Source: an uncultured Pelagibacteraceae bacterium
GTDB taxonomy: Bacteria; Pseudomonadota; Alphaproteobacteria; Pelagibacterales; Pelagibacteraceae
Assembly (NCBI GenBank): GCA_902595115.1
Contig: CACJOS010000002.1
Span: forward strand, 34,378 to 98,377
DNA length: 64,000 nucleotides
Direction of reading: 5' to 3'
Every line of letters starts with the position of its first letter. Position 1 is the first letter of the stretch. The translations under genes and the position numbers were made by a program. This document shows positions 50,982 to 62,821 of the stretch, piece after piece. A model generated the notes under the pieces. That model had not been told where the DNA came from and ran no database searches. It saw nothing but the letters and a program-made list of their open reading frames with translations.

Positions 50982-53204
50982 ATGAAAAAATTTTATTTTT
51001 TACTTTTCACATCAATGTTATTTTTATTTATCACTAAACAAGTTTTTTCAGAGGAAAAAAATATATTTCCAAAGAAAAAACCTATTTTAGTTCCTCAAAT
51101 AAAAGAAAAGAAAATATCAAAAAATATTTTATTACCACTTAAAAAACCTGTCAAAAAAGACAAGACGGAAAGTAAAGAAGATGAGATTGTAAAAGAGACA
51201 AAAACTACAACTAAATTGGGTATAATTGTACCTAAAAATAAGCCTAAAATTGTATCAAAAAAGATCAAAACAGCTGAAGTAAAATCAAAATATTTTTCTA
51301 AAAAAAAATTTAGACTTGCAAAAAAATCAATAGAAGCTTTTGAAAAAGGAAGATGGACAGACGCTTTATCATTGGCAAAAAAAACAAAAGATAAAAGTAT
51401 TTATAATTTCGTTCAATGGAGACACTTGTTAACTAGAGGAAATAAGGCAAGTTACTATGATTACCAACAATTTATTTTAAATAATCCAGATTATCCACGA
51501 ATTGGAAGAATAAAGTATTTATCTGAACATAAATTATCAATTGAAAAAATTTCACCTAAGAAAATAATCTCACTATTTGAAAATGAAGAACCTTTAAGTG
51601 GATATGGAGAAATGATTTATGGTGAAAGTTTAATTTCTGAAGGTAGATACGATGATGGTGTTGAATTAATTAAAAAAGGATGGATTACCGCAAAACTAAG
51701 CAAGAGTGATTTAAGATATTTTCGAAAAAAATATAAAAAATATCTTAATAAACAAGATTACATTAAGAGGGCCGATTATCTGGCATGGGAAAATAAATAT
51801 TGGGATTTGCAGAGAATGTTACGTTATCTTCCTAAAGAAGAGCAACTATTATATACAGCAAGGCAATTATTAATGAGCAGATCCTATGGTGTAGATAATG
51901 CTATTTCTAAAGTGCCGCAAAAATATAAGAATGACCCTGGATTAAATTACGATAGACTTAAATGGAGAAGAAAAAGAGGAAGAGTAGACTCATCTTTAGA
52001 AATATTATTAAAAGTAAAAAATAATAAAGATTACTTAGTTAGGCCTGATAAATGGTGGGTTGAAAGAGAAATTATATCTAGATCATTAATTTATAAAAAA
52101 AAATATGAATTAGCATATAAAATTTCTAGCAATCACGCACTATCGGAGGGACCAGAATTTGCAGCTGCAGAATGGATGAGTGGTTGGATTGCACTAAGTT
52201 TTTTAAATGATCCAATATTAGCAATAGAGCACTTTGAAAATTTTTATAACTCTGTGGGTTATCCTATTAGTCTATCTAGAGGAGCATTTTGGCTTGGCAG
52301 ATCATACGAACAAATTGGAAATGCTAAACTTATGGAAAAATGGTATCAAGAATCTGCAAAATTTCCAACAACTTATTATGGACAACTTTCATTTATGAAA
52401 GTCTATCCAGATAAAAAGTATGAACTTAATATGGATGAAAATTTTGATAAAGATTATAAAAAAAAATTTTTTGATAAAGATTTAGTAAAAATTGTATACC
52501 TTCTTGATGAATTAAATAAGTCAAAATATACTAAATTTATACTACGTGGTTTAGCAAATGATAATATAGATAAAGGAAGTGAAATATTTGCTGCTGAACT
52601 AGCAACAAATATTTCTCGTTATGATTTTGCAATTCAAATTGCTAAACTGGCCTCGTATGAAAAAAGATTTATAAATAATTATAATTATCCAATCATAAGC
52701 ACACCAAAATTGATTAATGGGAGAAAAATTCCTGATAGTGCATTTATATTATCAATAATTCGGCAAGAGAGTGAATTTGATATATCAGCAAACAGTTCAG
52801 CTGGTGCAAGAGGTTTAATGCAATTAATGGCCTACACAGCAAAAGTAGTTGCGAAACAAGCTAAGCTTCCATACTCAAAATCAAGATTAACTACCGATCC
52901 GGAGTATAATATTAATTTGGGTTCTCACTACATAGCAGGGCTGATACTAGAATATGATGGTTCCTATCCGTTTGCTATAGCAGCATACAATGCTGGGCCA
53001 AAGAGAGTTAAGTATTGGAAAAGAATAAATAAAAATCCTCAGAAAAAACAAATTGATTATGTCGACTGGATAGAATTGATAAAATTTAAAGAAACAAGAA
53101 ATTATGTCCAGAGAGTTTTGGAAAACTATAATGTGTATAATTATATAGTTCAGAAGAAACCAGTAGAAATTATTGATTTTTTTAAGAATAAACCACTTTA
53201 TTAA
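50982..53204 (+). CDS. slt: Soluble lytic murein transglycosylase (Slt70-like)
   Basis: RQESEF, GARGLMQ, AYNAG, ETRNYVQRV. Confidence 0.92.
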   Translation: MKKFYFLLFTSMLFLFITKQVFSEEKNIFPKKKPILVPQIKEKKISKNILLPLKKPVKKDKTESKEDEIVKETKTTTKLGIIVPKNKPKIVSKKIKTAEVKSKYFSKKKFRLAKKSIEAFEKGRWTDALSLAKKTKDKSIYNFVQWRHLLTRGNKASYYDYQQFILNNPDYPRIGRIKYLSEHKLSIEKISPKKIISLFENEEPLSGYGEMIYGESLISEGRYDDGVELIKKGWITAKLSKSDLRYFRKKYKKYLNKQDYIKRADYLAWENKYWDLQRMLRYLPKEEQLLYTARQLLMSRSYGVDNAISKVPQKYKNDPGLNYDRLKWRRKRGRVDSSLEILLKVKNNKDYLVRPDKWWVEREIISRSLIYKKKYELAYKISSNHALSEGPEFAAAEWMSGWIALSFLNDPILAIEHFENFYNSVGYPISLSRGAFWLGRSYEQIGNAKLMEKWYQESAKFPTTYYGQLSFMKVYPDKKYELNMDENFDKDYKKKFFDKDLVKIVYLLDELNKSKYTKFILRGLANDNIDKGSEIFAAELATNISRYDFAIQIAKLASYEKRFINNYNYPIISTPKLINGRKIPDSAFILSIIRQESEFDISANSSAGARGLMQLMAYTAKVVAKQAKLPYSKSRLTTDPEYNINLGSHYIAGLILEYDGSYPFAIAAYNAGPKRVKYWKRINKNPQKKQIDYVDWIELIKFKETRNYVQRVLENYNVYNYIVQKKPVEIIDFFKNKPLY

Positions 53205-53299
53205 TGGCGGAAGGAGAGGGATTCGAACCCTCGGTACACCTTTTCAAGCGTACGGCGGTTTAGCAAACCGCTGGTTTAAACCAGCTCACCCATCCTTCC
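53205..53299 (-). tRNA. tRNA-Ser (GCT)
   Basis: Minus strand GGAAGGA acceptor, GCGGT-TTGCTAA-ACCGC, long variable arm, GGTTCGAATCC, GCCA end. Confidence 0.96.
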
Positions 53300-53362
53300 G
53301 TATTACCCTGTGTAACTTGAAATCATTGAATATTCAATATTAATCAAGTAATTTCATCAAAA

Positions 53363-54616
53363 ATGAAAAACAAATATTCTATATTTTCGCTAATTAAAAA
53401 TGCTTTTAGCAGCCACGAAAATTGGCAAAGAGCATGGCGTGATCCTGAACCAAAAAAAGAATATGATGCGATAATCGTAGGTGGTGGAGGACATGGATTA
53501 GCAACAGCATATTATTTAGCAAAAAAACATAAAATGACAAATATAGCAGTTGTTGAAAAAGGTTGGATTGGTGGAGGAAACACTGGAAGAAATACAACTA
53601 TTATAAGATCAAATTATTTATGGGATGCAAGTGCAGGATTATACGACCATGCGCTTAAAATTTGGGAAGGTTTATCTCAAGAACTTAATTATAATGTGAT
53701 GTTCAGTCAAAGAGGTGTTATGAATTTAGCACATAACCTTCAAGATGTTCGAGATCTTAAAAGAAGAACGCATGCAAACAGATTAAATGGTATAGATGCA
53801 GTTTGGTTAAATTCTGATGAAGTAAAAAAATTCTGTCCAATCATAAATACTTCACCAGACATTAGGTATCCAGTTTTAGGTGGCACATTACAAAAAAGAG
53901 CTGGTACAGCGCGTCATGATGCAGTTGCTTGGGGATACGCTAGAGGAGCGGATCAGCTTGGTGTAGATATTATTCAGAATTGTGAAGTTAAAGGAATTAA
54001 AAGAGATGGTGATCAAGTAATTGGTATTGAAACATCCAAAGGGTACATAAAATCAAAAAAAATTGGAGTAGTTGCTGCAGGTCATTCAAGTGTAATAGCA
54101 AATATGGCTGGTTTAAAATTACCACTTGAAAGTAAACCACTTCAAGCTTTGGTATCTGAGCCAGTTAAACCAATTATTGATACAGTTGTGATGTCAAATG
54201 CTGTTCATGCTTATGTTAGTCAGTCTGATAAAGGTGAACTGGTTATTGGTGCTGGAACAGACTCATATGTATCTTATACTCAGAAAGGAAGTCATAATAT
54301 TGTGGAGGAGACTTTAAGAGCAATATTAGAACTGTATCCAATTTTTAGTAGAATGAAAATGCTAAGACAATGGGGAGGTATAGTTGACATATGTCCTGAC
54401 GCAAGTCCAATAATCAGTAAAACACAAGTCAAAGGTCTTTATTTCAATTGTGGCTGGGGCACCGGTGGTTTTAAAGCAACACCAGGGTCTGGGGATCTTT
54501 TTGCTCACACCATCGCAAATGATGAACCACACAAATTAAATGCGGCATTTAATATAAATAGATTTGTAAGTGGTGACCTTGTAGATGAACATGGCGCAGC
54601 AGCGGTTGCACACTAA
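53363..54616 (+). CDS. soxB: Heterotetrameric sarcosine oxidase beta subunit
   Basis: [35 protein letters not shown]. Confidence 0.95.
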   Translation: MKNKYSIFSLIKNAFSSHENWQRAWRDPEPKKEYDAIIVGGGGHGLATAYYLAKKHKMTNIAVVEKGWIGGGNTGRNTTIIRSNYLWDASAGLYDHALKIWEGLSQELNYNVMFSQRGVMNLAHNLQDVRDLKRRTHANRLNGIDAVWLNSDEVKKFCPIINTSPDIRYPVLGGTLQKRAGTARHDAVAWGYARGADQLGVDIIQNCEVKGIKRDGDQVIGIETSKGYIKSKKIGVVAAGHSSVIANMAGLKLPLESKPLQALVSEPVKPIIDTVVMSNAVHAYVSQSDKGELVIGAGTDSYVSYTQKGSHNIVEETLRAILELYPIFSRMKMLRQWGGIVDICPDASPIISKTQVKGLYFNCGWGTGGFKATPGSGDLFAHTIANDEPHKLNAAFNINRFVSGDLVDEHGAAAVAH

Positions 54617-54618
54617 AG

Positions 54619-54897
54619 ATGTTTATAATTAATTGCCCTTATTGTGGAGAAAGAGATCAAACTGAATTTTCATCGGGTGGTGAAGCGCACATAGTGAGAC
54701 CTAAACAACCAACAGAACTAAGTGACGATGAATGGGCTGAGTTTTTATTCATGAGAAAAAATATAAAAGGAATTCAATTTGAAAGATGGAACCACAGTCA
54801 TGGCTGTAGAAAATGGTTTAACGTTGTTAGAGACACTTCTAATGATAAAATTCATGCAGTTTATAAAATGGGTGAAAAACCCCCGGTAAATAAATAA
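54619..54897 (+). CDS. soxD: Sarcosine oxidase delta subunit
   Basis: CPYCG.R, HSHGCRKWF. Confidence 0.95.
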   Translation: MFIINCPYCGERDQTEFSSGGEAHIVRPKQPTELSDDEWAEFLFMRKNIKGIQFERWNHSHGCRKWFNVVRDTSNDKIHAVYKMGEKPPVNK

Positions 54898-57800
54898 TGT
54901 CTCAAGAATTAAGAATAAACAATAATAAATTCATTGATCAGACAACTAGATTATCTTTTAAATTTAATGGTGAAAAATTATATGGTTACAAAGGAGATAC
55001 TTTAGCCTCTGCATTATTAGCAAATAATATACATTTGGTAGGTAGGAGTTTCAAATATCATAGACCAAGAGGAATAATGACATGTGGATCTGAAGAGCCA
55101 AATGCAATTGTTCAAATTGGAAACGATCCGTCACTTACAGACCCAAACGTTAGAGCTACTGAAATAGAACTTTACGAAGGTTTAGAAGCATTCAGTCAAA
55201 ATTGTTGGCCTAATGTAAAATTTGACATTGGTGGTATAAACAACTTTTTGTCCCCTCTTCTGCCAGCTGGATTTTATTATAAAACATTTATGTGGCCTGC
55301 CAGTTTTTGGGAAAAATATGAATTTTTTATACGTCATTCAGCGGGACTTGGTAAATCACCAAGCAAACCTGATCCAGATATATATGATCACAAATATTAT
55401 CACTGTGATGTATTAGTTGTTGGTGGAGGTATTTCAGGCATAATGGCTGCAAAATTATCAGCTGAAAATAATAATGAGACATTGCTACTTGATGATAAAA
55501 ATACTTTAGGAGGTGCAACAATTTATCAAAATAATGATTGTTTTCAAATTGACGGCACTCATACAAATTATTGGTTAGAAAAAGAAATTAAGAAAATTAA
55601 AAATATTAAAAATTTAACCATTAAAACAAGAACAAGTTTAGCGGCTTATCATGGATATAATTATTTACTGGCTAAGGAAAATCTAACTGATCATTTAAGC
55701 CCAGATGAAAGAAAAGGTAAAATAAGACAAAGACTTTGGAAAATAAGAGCTAAAAAAGTTATAATTGCATCAGGTTCTATAGAAAGGCCATTAATTTTTA
55801 ATAATAACGACCGACCTGGTATTATGCTTTCATCTGCAATTAAGAAATTTATTGATTTTTATGGTGTAAAAACAGGAAAAGAAATCTCATTATTTACTAA
55901 TAATGATAGCGCTTATGAGACAGTAATTTCGTTGAAGAAAAGTGGAGTAAATATTGTATCTATTATTGATATTAGAGATAAATCATCATCAAAAATTGTT
56001 AAAGAAGTAGAGAAACATAATATAAAAATTTATTGGAATCATACAATTGTAAATACTGAAGGTTATAGAAGAATTAGTTTTATAGAAATTATGAAACTAT
56101 CAGATGATGGGTCTGGTGTAATAGGAAAAAAAATTAAATTAAAAACTGATTGCTTAGGAATTTCAGGTGGTTGGACACCAATGGTTCATTTATTCACACA
56201 ATCTGGGGGGAAATTAAAATTTAGATCAGATGATAATGTTTTTTTACCAGACAAGAATAAAACCCCATCGGATCAAATAAGTATAGGGTCGTGTAATGGG
56301 GATTTTGATATTAAAGATATAATTTTAAACTCTAATAGAGATGTTAAAACATTTTTAGGTATAGAAAGTTCACCTTTTGATAACTTAAAAGTTGAATCAT
56401 CAAAAGAGGAAAAGAAAAAAAATATTTGGTTGCTACCTTCAGATAAGCCGATCGGAAAAACAAAACCCTTTTTAGATTTTCAAAACGATTCTACAGCAAA
56501 AGATGTCAAACTTGCATTGCGTGAAGGATTCAAATCTATTGAACATGTAAAAAGATATACAACAACTGGAATGGGTACTGATCAAGGAAAATTATCTAAT
56601 ATGCATGCTCTAGGTATTATAGCTGAAACAACTGGAACAAATATGGGTGAGCTAGGTACAACAACTTTTAGACCTCCCTACACTCCTCTTACCTTCGGTG
56701 CAATTGTTGGAAGAAATATTGGAGAATTTTTTGATCATATAAGAAAAACTGCAATGCATAATTGGCATGTTCAAAATAAAGCTAAATTTGAAAATGTAGG
56801 TCAATGGAAAAGAGCTTGGTATTATCCAAAAAATGGTGAGACTATGTTTGAAGCAGTTCAAAGAGAAAGCAAAGCTGCTAGAGAAAGTGTTGGTATACTA
56901 GATGCTTCTACGCTTGGAAAGATTGATATTCAAGGCACTGATGCATCAGAATTTTTAAATCGTGTATATACAAATGCTTGGTCAAAGTTAGCTATAGGCA
57001 AATGTAGATATGGTTTAATGTTAAATGAGGATGGAATGGTTTATGATGACGGAGTTACTACAAGATTAGGTGAAAATCACTATATAATGACGACTACAAC
57101 TGGTGGTGCAGCAAATGTGCTTTCTAAACTAGAAGATTATCTTCAAACAGAGTGGCCTGAGCTAGATGTTTATTTAACAACAGTTACTGATCATTTTTCA
57201 ACAATAAGTATCTGTGGACCTAACTCAAAAAAAATATTGAGTAAAGTCATACCAGATCTAGATTTATCAGATCAAAGCTTTCCTCATATGTCTTTCAAAA
57301 ATTCTAAAATAAATGGAATTAAATGTAGGGTGATGCGAATTAGTTTTACAGGTGAACATAGTTATGAAATTAATATCCAATCAAATTACGCTAAAAATGT
57401 TTGGGAATTGTGTATGGATGCTGGCAAAGATTATAATATAACTCCTTACGGTACTGAAACTATGCACCTATTGAGAGCAGAAAAAGGATTTATAATTACT
57501 GGTCAAGATACGGATGGAACAATGACACCATCAGATTTACAAATGGATTGGATTATTGGTAAGAAAAAATTTGATTTTATTGGTAAAAGATCGCTTTATA
57601 GAAGCGATACAATAAGAGATGATAGAAAACAATTAGTAGGTCTTTTAACTGATGACCCTAGGGAAATTTTAGAGGAAGGTGCACAAATTGTTGAAAAGTT
57701 AAATCAAAAGCCTATCGAGATGTTAGGGCATGTAACATCGAGTTATTTTAGCCCAAATTTAAATAAATCAATTGCTTTAGCAGTAATGAAGAGTGGAAAA

Positions 57801-57908
57801 AAACTAAAAGGTAAAAAATTTTTTGTACCAATGGAAAATAAAAACATTAACGTAACTGTTACTGATACAGTTTTTTTTGATAAGGAAAATAAAAGATTAA
57901 ATGCTTAA
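54897..57908 (+). CDS. soxA: Sarcosine oxidase alpha subunit
   Basis: GRSFKYHRPRG, KRYTTTGMGTDQG, GcvT-like C-terminus. Confidence 0.95.
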   Translation: MSQELRINNNKFIDQTTRLSFKFNGEKLYGYKGDTLASALLANNIHLVGRSFKYHRPRGIMTCGSEEPNAIVQIGNDPSLTDPNVRATEIELYEGLEAFSQNCWPNVKFDIGGINNFLSPLLPAGFYYKTFMWPASFWEKYEFFIRHSAGLGKSPSKPDPDIYDHKYYHCDVLVVGGGISGIMAAKLSAENNNETLLLDDKNTLGGATIYQNNDCFQIDGTHTNYWLEKEIKKIKNIKNLTIKTRTSLAAYHGYNYLLAKENLTDHLSPDERKGKIRQRLWKIRAKKVIIASGSIERPLIFNNNDRPGIMLSSAIKKFIDFYGVKTGKEISLFTNNDSAYETVISLKKSGVNIVSIIDIRDKSSSKIVKEVEKHNIKIYWNHTIVNTEGYRRISFIEIMKLSDDGSGVIGKKIKLKTDCLGISGGWTPMVHLFTQSGGKLKFRSDDNVFLPDKNKTPSDQISIGSCNGDFDIKDIILNSNRDVKTFLGIESSPFDNLKVESSKEEKKKNIWLLPSDKPIGKTKPFLDFQNDSTAKDVKLALREGFKSIEHVKRYTTTGMGTDQGKLSNMHALGIIAETTGTNMGELGTTTFRPPYTPLTFGAIVGRNIGEFFDHIRKTAMHNWHVQNKAKFENVGQWKRAWYYPKNGETMFEAVQRESKAARESVGILDASTLGKIDIQGTDASEFLNRVYTNAWSKLAIGKCRYGLMLNEDGMVYDDGVTTRLGENHYIMTTTTGGAANVLSKLEDYLQTEWPELDVYLTTVTDHFSTISICGPNSKKILSKVIPDLDLSDQSFPHMSFKNSKINGIKCRVMRISFTGEHSYEINIQSNYAKNVWELCMDAGKDYNITPYGTETMHLLRAEKGFIITGQDTDGTMTPSDLQMDWIIGKKKFDFIGKRSLYRSDTIRDDRKQLVGLLTDDPREILEEGAQIVEKLNQKPIEMLGHVTSSYFSPNLNKSIALAVMKSGKKLKGKKFFVPMENKNINVTVTDTVFFDKENKRLNA

Positions 57909-58461
57909 TTTTGAAACTACAGTGCAAGACAGTAAATCATATGGAGATTTAACTTTATCTGAGGTGGAACCTATTTTAAAAATTAACCTAAGAAGTAACA
58001 AAAGAGAATTTTCAACTAAAATAGGCAAACTTCTTTCAATCATACCACCTATAGAAGCAAATACCTCATCCGGTAATGAGGATTATTCTATTTTATGGTT
58101 GAGCCCTGACGAATGGTTAATTTATTCAAATAAAAAAACTCCATATGAACAACAAAATCTATTGGAAGAAAATTTGTTTAACAATATTTCTTATACAAAC
58201 CAAGGCTCTGTCACTAATGTTACTGATCATTGGGTAATGATCAATCTTAAAGGTTCTAAAATTTATGATTTATTATCAAAATCTTCACCATATGATTTTA
58301 AAAACTTTAAAATGAAAAAAGGCTCAGTAGCTCAGACTTTATTAAATCATACTGATGTAATTTTGCATAACATAGACGATAATAATATAAATTTATTTGT
58401 AAGAAGGTCTTTTTCTGAAGATTTATGGCTGTGGATTAACGATAGCGCTCGTTTTCTCTAA
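57901..58461 (+). CDS. soxG: Sarcosine oxidase gamma subunit
   Basis: WLSPDEW, VRRSFS; position in operon. Confidence 0.9.
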   Translation: MLNFETTVQDSKSYGDLTLSEVEPILKINLRSNKREFSTKIGKLLSIIPPIEANTSSGNEDYSILWLSPDEWLIYSNKKTPYEQQNLLEENLFNNISYTNQGSVTNVTDHWVMINLKGSKIYDLLSKSSPYDFKNFKMKKGSVAQTLLNHTDVILHNIDDNNINLFVRRSFSEDLWLWINDSARFL

Positions 58462-59784
58462 TCTTAGTTTTAAATATAATATTAAAATACTAAGATAAAT
58501 TCCTGAAAAAATCCAATTTACTCCTGCCCAAAGCCAAAAAAAAGTTTCAAAACTTGCATTTATATATTTCGCAAAAATAAATACCATTATTGGATTAAAG
58601 CCATTTCTAAATAAATTTGAAATCATTGCATTTTCCGATTTCTTTATTGCCATAAATAAACCGTTTGAAAGAAAAAATATTGGGTATGCAGGTAAAATAA
58701 ATGCACAAATTTTTAAGTATTTAGAACCAAACTCGATAACAACTGGATCACTAGAAAAAAAACTTATTATAAGATCTGACAATATGTACAAAAATATTCC
58801 AGATACAATCATAATAAGAAATGAATATTTTATAGATGTAAAATATGTTTCTTTAACTCTATCGAAATTTTTAGCACCAAAATTTTGAGAAATGATAGAA
58901 ATAATTGCTGTATTAATACCTAATATCGGAAGTAATACTACTTGCTCAATTCTTGTACCTGCCCCGTAACCGGCTACTGCATATTCACCTGATTGACCAA
59001 TATAAGCAAGAACAATTGCTGCTGTTATAGAGTATGCAAATATTGAAATAATAATAGGCATTGATGTAAAGAAAATATTGATAAAATAGAATAATTTTGG
59101 AATAAGAAATTTATTAGTAATTTCTTTAATTCTAGGATTTTTTAAAATTTTAAATAAAATTATAAAAAAAGCTACAGACTGAGAAAATATTGTTGATATT
59201 GCAATTCCTTTAACTCCTAAAGCTGGAAAGAACAAAAGACCAAATATTAAAATTGGATTCAATATTAAATTTATAAAGAATGATAAAATTAAAACATTTC
59301 TGTAGGTTTTTGTATCTCCTTCAGCGTGTAACAATGAATTTAAAGCTACAACTAAAATAAATAATATTGAACCCGAAAAAATTATATCTGTATATTGAAG
59401 ACCTAGTTCAGTAACTTCTTTAGTAGTTACCATTAAAGAAAAAATTTTATCAGAAAAATTTAAACCTATTAATGTAATTACAACCGATATCAAGATGCCA
59501 AAATAAATGATATGTGTGAAATAATTTAATATATTTTCTTTATTCTTTTCACCAATACTATTTCCTATCAAGGAGGTTCCTGCTACAGTAACTCCTATGG
59601 AAGTTGCTACAATAATGAAATATATTGGAAATGATTTACTTAATGCCGCTAATGCCTCGGGTGATATTTTTCCAGCATAAAAAGTATCAACAATATTATA
59701 CAAGGTTTGAAATAACATCCCTACCATAGCGGGTAGCGCTAATTTACGAACTAAATGAGGAATGTTGTCCTTTAGTAAATTCAT
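58423..59784 (-). CDS. MATE family efflux transporter
   Basis: LYNIVDT, GDTKT, LNPILIFG, QNFGA; about 12 TM; ATG at 59784. Confidence 0.9.
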   Translation of the reverse strand: MNLLKDNIPHLVRKLALPAMVGMLFQTLYNIVDTFYAGKISPEALAALSKSFPIYFIIVATSIGVTVAGTSLIGNSIGEKNKENILNYFTHIIYFGILISVVITLIGLNFSDKIFSLMVTTKEVTELGLQYTDIIFSGSILFILVVALNSLLHAEGDTKTYRNVLILSFFINLILNPILIFGLLFFPALGVKGIAISTIFSQSVAFFIILFKILKNPRIKEITNKFLIPKLFYFINIFFTSMPIIISIFAYSITAAIVLAYIGQSGEYAVAGYGAGTRIEQVVLLPILGINTAIISIISQNFGAKNFDRVKETYFTSIKYSFLIMIVSGIFLYILSDLIISFFSSDPVVIEFGSKYLKICAFILPAYPIFFLSNGLFMAIKKSENAMISNLFRNGFNPIMVFIFAKYINASFETFFWLWAGVNWIFSGIYLSILILYLKLRLEKTSAIVNPQP

Positions 59785-59785
59785 T

Positions 59786-60685
59786 TCAAGCTTCTCTTTG
59801 GAAAAAGTATTTTTTTCCATGTTTTTTTGCTAATAATATTTGCTTTTGTCTCATTCTAAATCTCTGTTTTTGTGAATTTGTTAACTTATTATAACAATTT
59901 GGACAACTAACACCTTGCTCATAAAAATTTGATTTTCTCTCAGAAAGTTTTATTGGATTTCTGCAGCCTGGACATATTTTTAAATTTCCAGGCTTCAATC
60001 CATGTTTAATTGATACACGATTATCAAATACGAAGCAGTCCCCACTCCATAAACTATCCTTTTTCTTAACATTATCTAAATAATTTATTATTCCACCTTT
60101 TAATTGGTAAACATTTTTAAAACCTTTTTTTTTTAAATAAGCACTAGCCTTTTCACATCTTATACCACCCGTACAAAACATACCTATGTTTTGATTTTTT
60201 TTTAAAGTTTTAAAATATCTTGGAAAATCTTTAAAATTATTCAATTCTGGATTAATAGATCCTTTAAATGTTCCAACTTTAAATTCAAAACTTTTTCTAG
60301 TATCAATAAGAACAGTTTCTTTTTTTAATATAAACTTATTCCAATCTTTAGGTTCTACCTTGTTTTTTGTAACAATTTTATTTAATTTCATTCCTATTGG
60401 AACAACTTCTTTTTTAATTTTAATTTTGCCTTTTTTAAAAGCTTGATACTTATAATAGGATATATTTTCATTATCTAACTTTCTGATATTTAGTAAATTT
60501 AAAATCTTATTCTTGATTTTTTTATATTTAGTAGGCTTGAAGCTAATTGTACCGTTTATCCCTTCATTAGAAATTATAATGGTACCCCTAACCTGTTCCT
60601 CTTCAATGAAATTTTTGAGATTTTTTTTTAATAATTTTATATTTTTAATCTTCTTAAACTTATAAAAACCAAATATCTTATACAT
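59786..60685 (-). CDS. trhO: tRNA uridine(34) hydroxylase TrhO (UPF0176 rhodanese family)
   Basis: EGINGT, KKEVV, FCTGGIRCEKA, LKGGI..Y, CFVFDNR. Confidence 0.9.
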   Translation of the reverse strand: MYKIFGFYKFKKIKNIKLLKKNLKNFIEEEQVRGTIIISNEGINGTISFKPTKYKKIKNKILNLLNIRKLDNENISYYKYQAFKKGKIKIKKEVVPIGMKLNKIVTKNKVEPKDWNKFILKKETVLIDTRKSFEFKVGTFKGSINPELNNFKDFPRYFKTLKKNQNIGMFCTGGIRCEKASAYLKKKGFKNVYQLKGGIINYLDNVKKKDSLWSGDCFVFDNRVSIKHGLKPGNLKICPGCRNPIKLSERKSNFYEQGVSCPNCYNKLTNSQKQRFRMRQKQILLAKKHGKKYFFQREA

Positions 60686-61341
60686 TATAATTTCCTACAT
60701 ATAGACAAACCGTCACCAATAGGAAGGATTAGAGACTCAACTTTATTATTTTTTTTTATATATGAATTGAATTCCCTTATCTTTACCGTAAGCCTGTCAT
60801 TCTTATGTTCATTGGCGACATCCCCATACCACAATACATTATCTGTAATTATAATTCCCGACTTATTAGTAATTTTTAAAGATTTTTCAAAATAATCTAT
60901 ATAATTCTCTTTATCAGCATCAATAAATACCATATCAAAATATTTATTTGAATTTACTAAATCTTCTAAACTTTTCTTGGCATTATTTACTAATAAATTA
61001 ATTTTTTTACTAAGATTAGCTTTGTCAAAAAATGATCTCGCTGTTTTAGAGGTTTCCTCGTTATTATCTATAGCCGTGATCAAAGTATCATCGTTTGATG
61101 CCAAGGCCATAGTTAAAGTACTTAACCCTGTAAATGTACCAATTTCCAAAATATTTTTTGGATTAGTGATTTTAATAATAAAGTGCAAGAAATGACATTG
61201 GCTAACTGATATTTGCATTTTTTTAATTTCACCAAGTTTTTCGTTATATTTTATGATCTCTTTTTGAACTGGGTGTAAATCAAATGAATTATTATTAATA
61301 TAATTTTCTATTTGAACGTTTAACTGAAGATTTGAACCCAT
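60685..61341 (-). CDS. Class I SAM/cation-dependent O-methyltransferase (CCoAOMT/TrmR-like)
   Basis: LEIGTFTGLS, FIDADK..Y, DNVLW.G, PIGDG. Confidence 0.88.
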   Translation of the reverse strand: MGSNLQLNVQIENYINNNSFDLHPVQKEIIKYNEKLGEIKKMQISVSQCHFLHFIIKITNPKNILEIGTFTGLSTLTMALASNDDTLITAIDNNEETSKTARSFFDKANLSKKINLLVNNAKKSLEDLVNSNKYFDMVFIDADKENYIDYFEKSLKITNKSGIIITDNVLWYGDVANEHKNDRLTVKIREFNSYIKKNNKVESLILPIGDGLSICRKL

Positions 61342-61342
61342 T

Positions 61343-62821
61343 TTAGTTCAATTTTTTTTTTAGTATTTCATTAACTAATTGTGGATTTGCTTTTCCACCA
61401 GAGCTTTTCATAACCTGGCCAACAAAAAAGCCAAATAATTTATCTTTTCCAGATTTGTACAACTCAACATTTTTTGGATTTTCAGATATTATTTTATCTA
61501 TAATTTTTTCTAATTCTTTTGGATCACTTTGTTGTTTTAGACCCTTTTCTTCAACAATTTTTTCTGGATCCTTATCTCCATCAGACATTAATTCAAAAAT
61601 TGTTTTTGCGATTTTTCCTGAAATTACACCCTTTTTGATGAGATTTATTAATTTTGATAAATTTTTAGATGAAATAGGACTTTCGGTAATTTCTAAATTT
61701 TTTTCATTTAATAATGCAAATAATTCACCTGTAATCCAATTTGTAGCGAGTTTTACATCAGAATTTTTTGATACTTCCTCAAAATATTTTGATGTATCAA
61801 TATCAGATACCAGAATATTAGCCTCATAAGGTGATAGCTTAAACTTTTCTATAAATCTTTTCTTTTTTTCATCCGGTAATTCTGGAATATTTTTTTTAAT
61901 ATCGTTAATAAAATTTTCATCTAATTCCAAAGGAAGCAAATCTGGATCTGGAAAGTATCTGTAGTCGTGAGCATCTTCTTTAGATCTCATAGATCTAGTT
62001 TCGTTTTTTTTTGTATCAAATAATCTGGTTTCTTGATCAATAGATCCACCCTCTTCTATAACATCAACTTGTCTATTTGCTTCATAATCAATGGCCATTT
62101 GCATAAATTTGATTGAGTTCACATTTTTTATTTCACATCTTGTTCCAAGTTCCTTGCTACCCTTTTTTCTTACTGAAACATTCACATCAGCTCTTAATGA
62201 TCCCTCTTGCATATTACCATCACATGTACCTAAATATCTCATTATTGATCTTAGTTTTTTTATATATGAATTTACTTCATCTAATGATCTTAAATCAGGT
62301 TTACTTACGATTTCCATCAATGCAACTCCTGATCTGTTTAGGTCAACTAATGTATTATTTGGATCTATATCATGAATGCTTTTACCGGCATCTTGCTCAA
62401 GATGTAATCTTTCAATTCCAATTTTTTTTTCACCATTTGGTAAATCTAATGTGACTGTTCCTTCGCCCACAATAGGGTTTTTGTATTGTGATATTTGATA
62501 TCCCTGAGGTAAATCGGCGTAAAAATAATTCTTTCTATCAAAAATTGATTTTTTATTTATTTTGGCATTAAGTCCTATCCCTGTTTTAATTGCTTGTTTA
62601 ATGCAAAACTCATTTATAACAGGTAACATTCCAGGAAAAGCAGCATCAACTAAGCTTACTTGTGTATTTGGTTCTGAACCAAATTTCGTTGGAGAAGTTG
62701 AGAATAACTTAGACTCAGACAATACTTGAGCATGTACCTCAAGACCAATAACTACTTCATATTCATTTGTATTTCTTTTAATTAAATATTCTTTATTTTC
62801 CTTGCTCAATTTATCCACCAA
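61343..62821 (-). CDS. gatB: Asp/Glu-tRNA amidotransferase subunit B (start may be TTG at 62809)
   Basis: [39 protein letters not shown]. Confidence 0.97.
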   Translation of the reverse strand: MVDKLSKENKEYLIKRNTNEYEVVIGLEVHAQVLSESKLFSTSPTKFGSEPNTQVSLVDAAFPGMLPVINEFCIKQAIKTGIGLNAKINKKSIFDRKNYFYADLPQGYQISQYKNPIVGEGTVTLDLPNGEKKIGIERLHLEQDAGKSIHDIDPNNTLVDLNRSGVALMEIVSKPDLRSLDEVNSYIKKLRSIMRYLGTCDGNMQEGSLRADVNVSVRKKGSKELGTRCEIKNVNSIKFMQMAIDYEANRQVDVIEEGGSIDQETRLFDTKKNETRSMRSKEDAHDYRYFPDPDLLPLELDENFINDIKKNIPELPDEKKKRFIEKFKLSPYEANILVSDIDTSKYFEEVSKNSDVKLATNWITGELFALLNEKNLEITESPISSKNLSKLINLIKKGVISGKIAKTIFELMSDGDKDPEKIVEEKGLKQQSDPKELEKIIDKIISENPKNVELYKSGKDKLFGFFVGQVMKSSGGKANPQLVNEILKKKLN

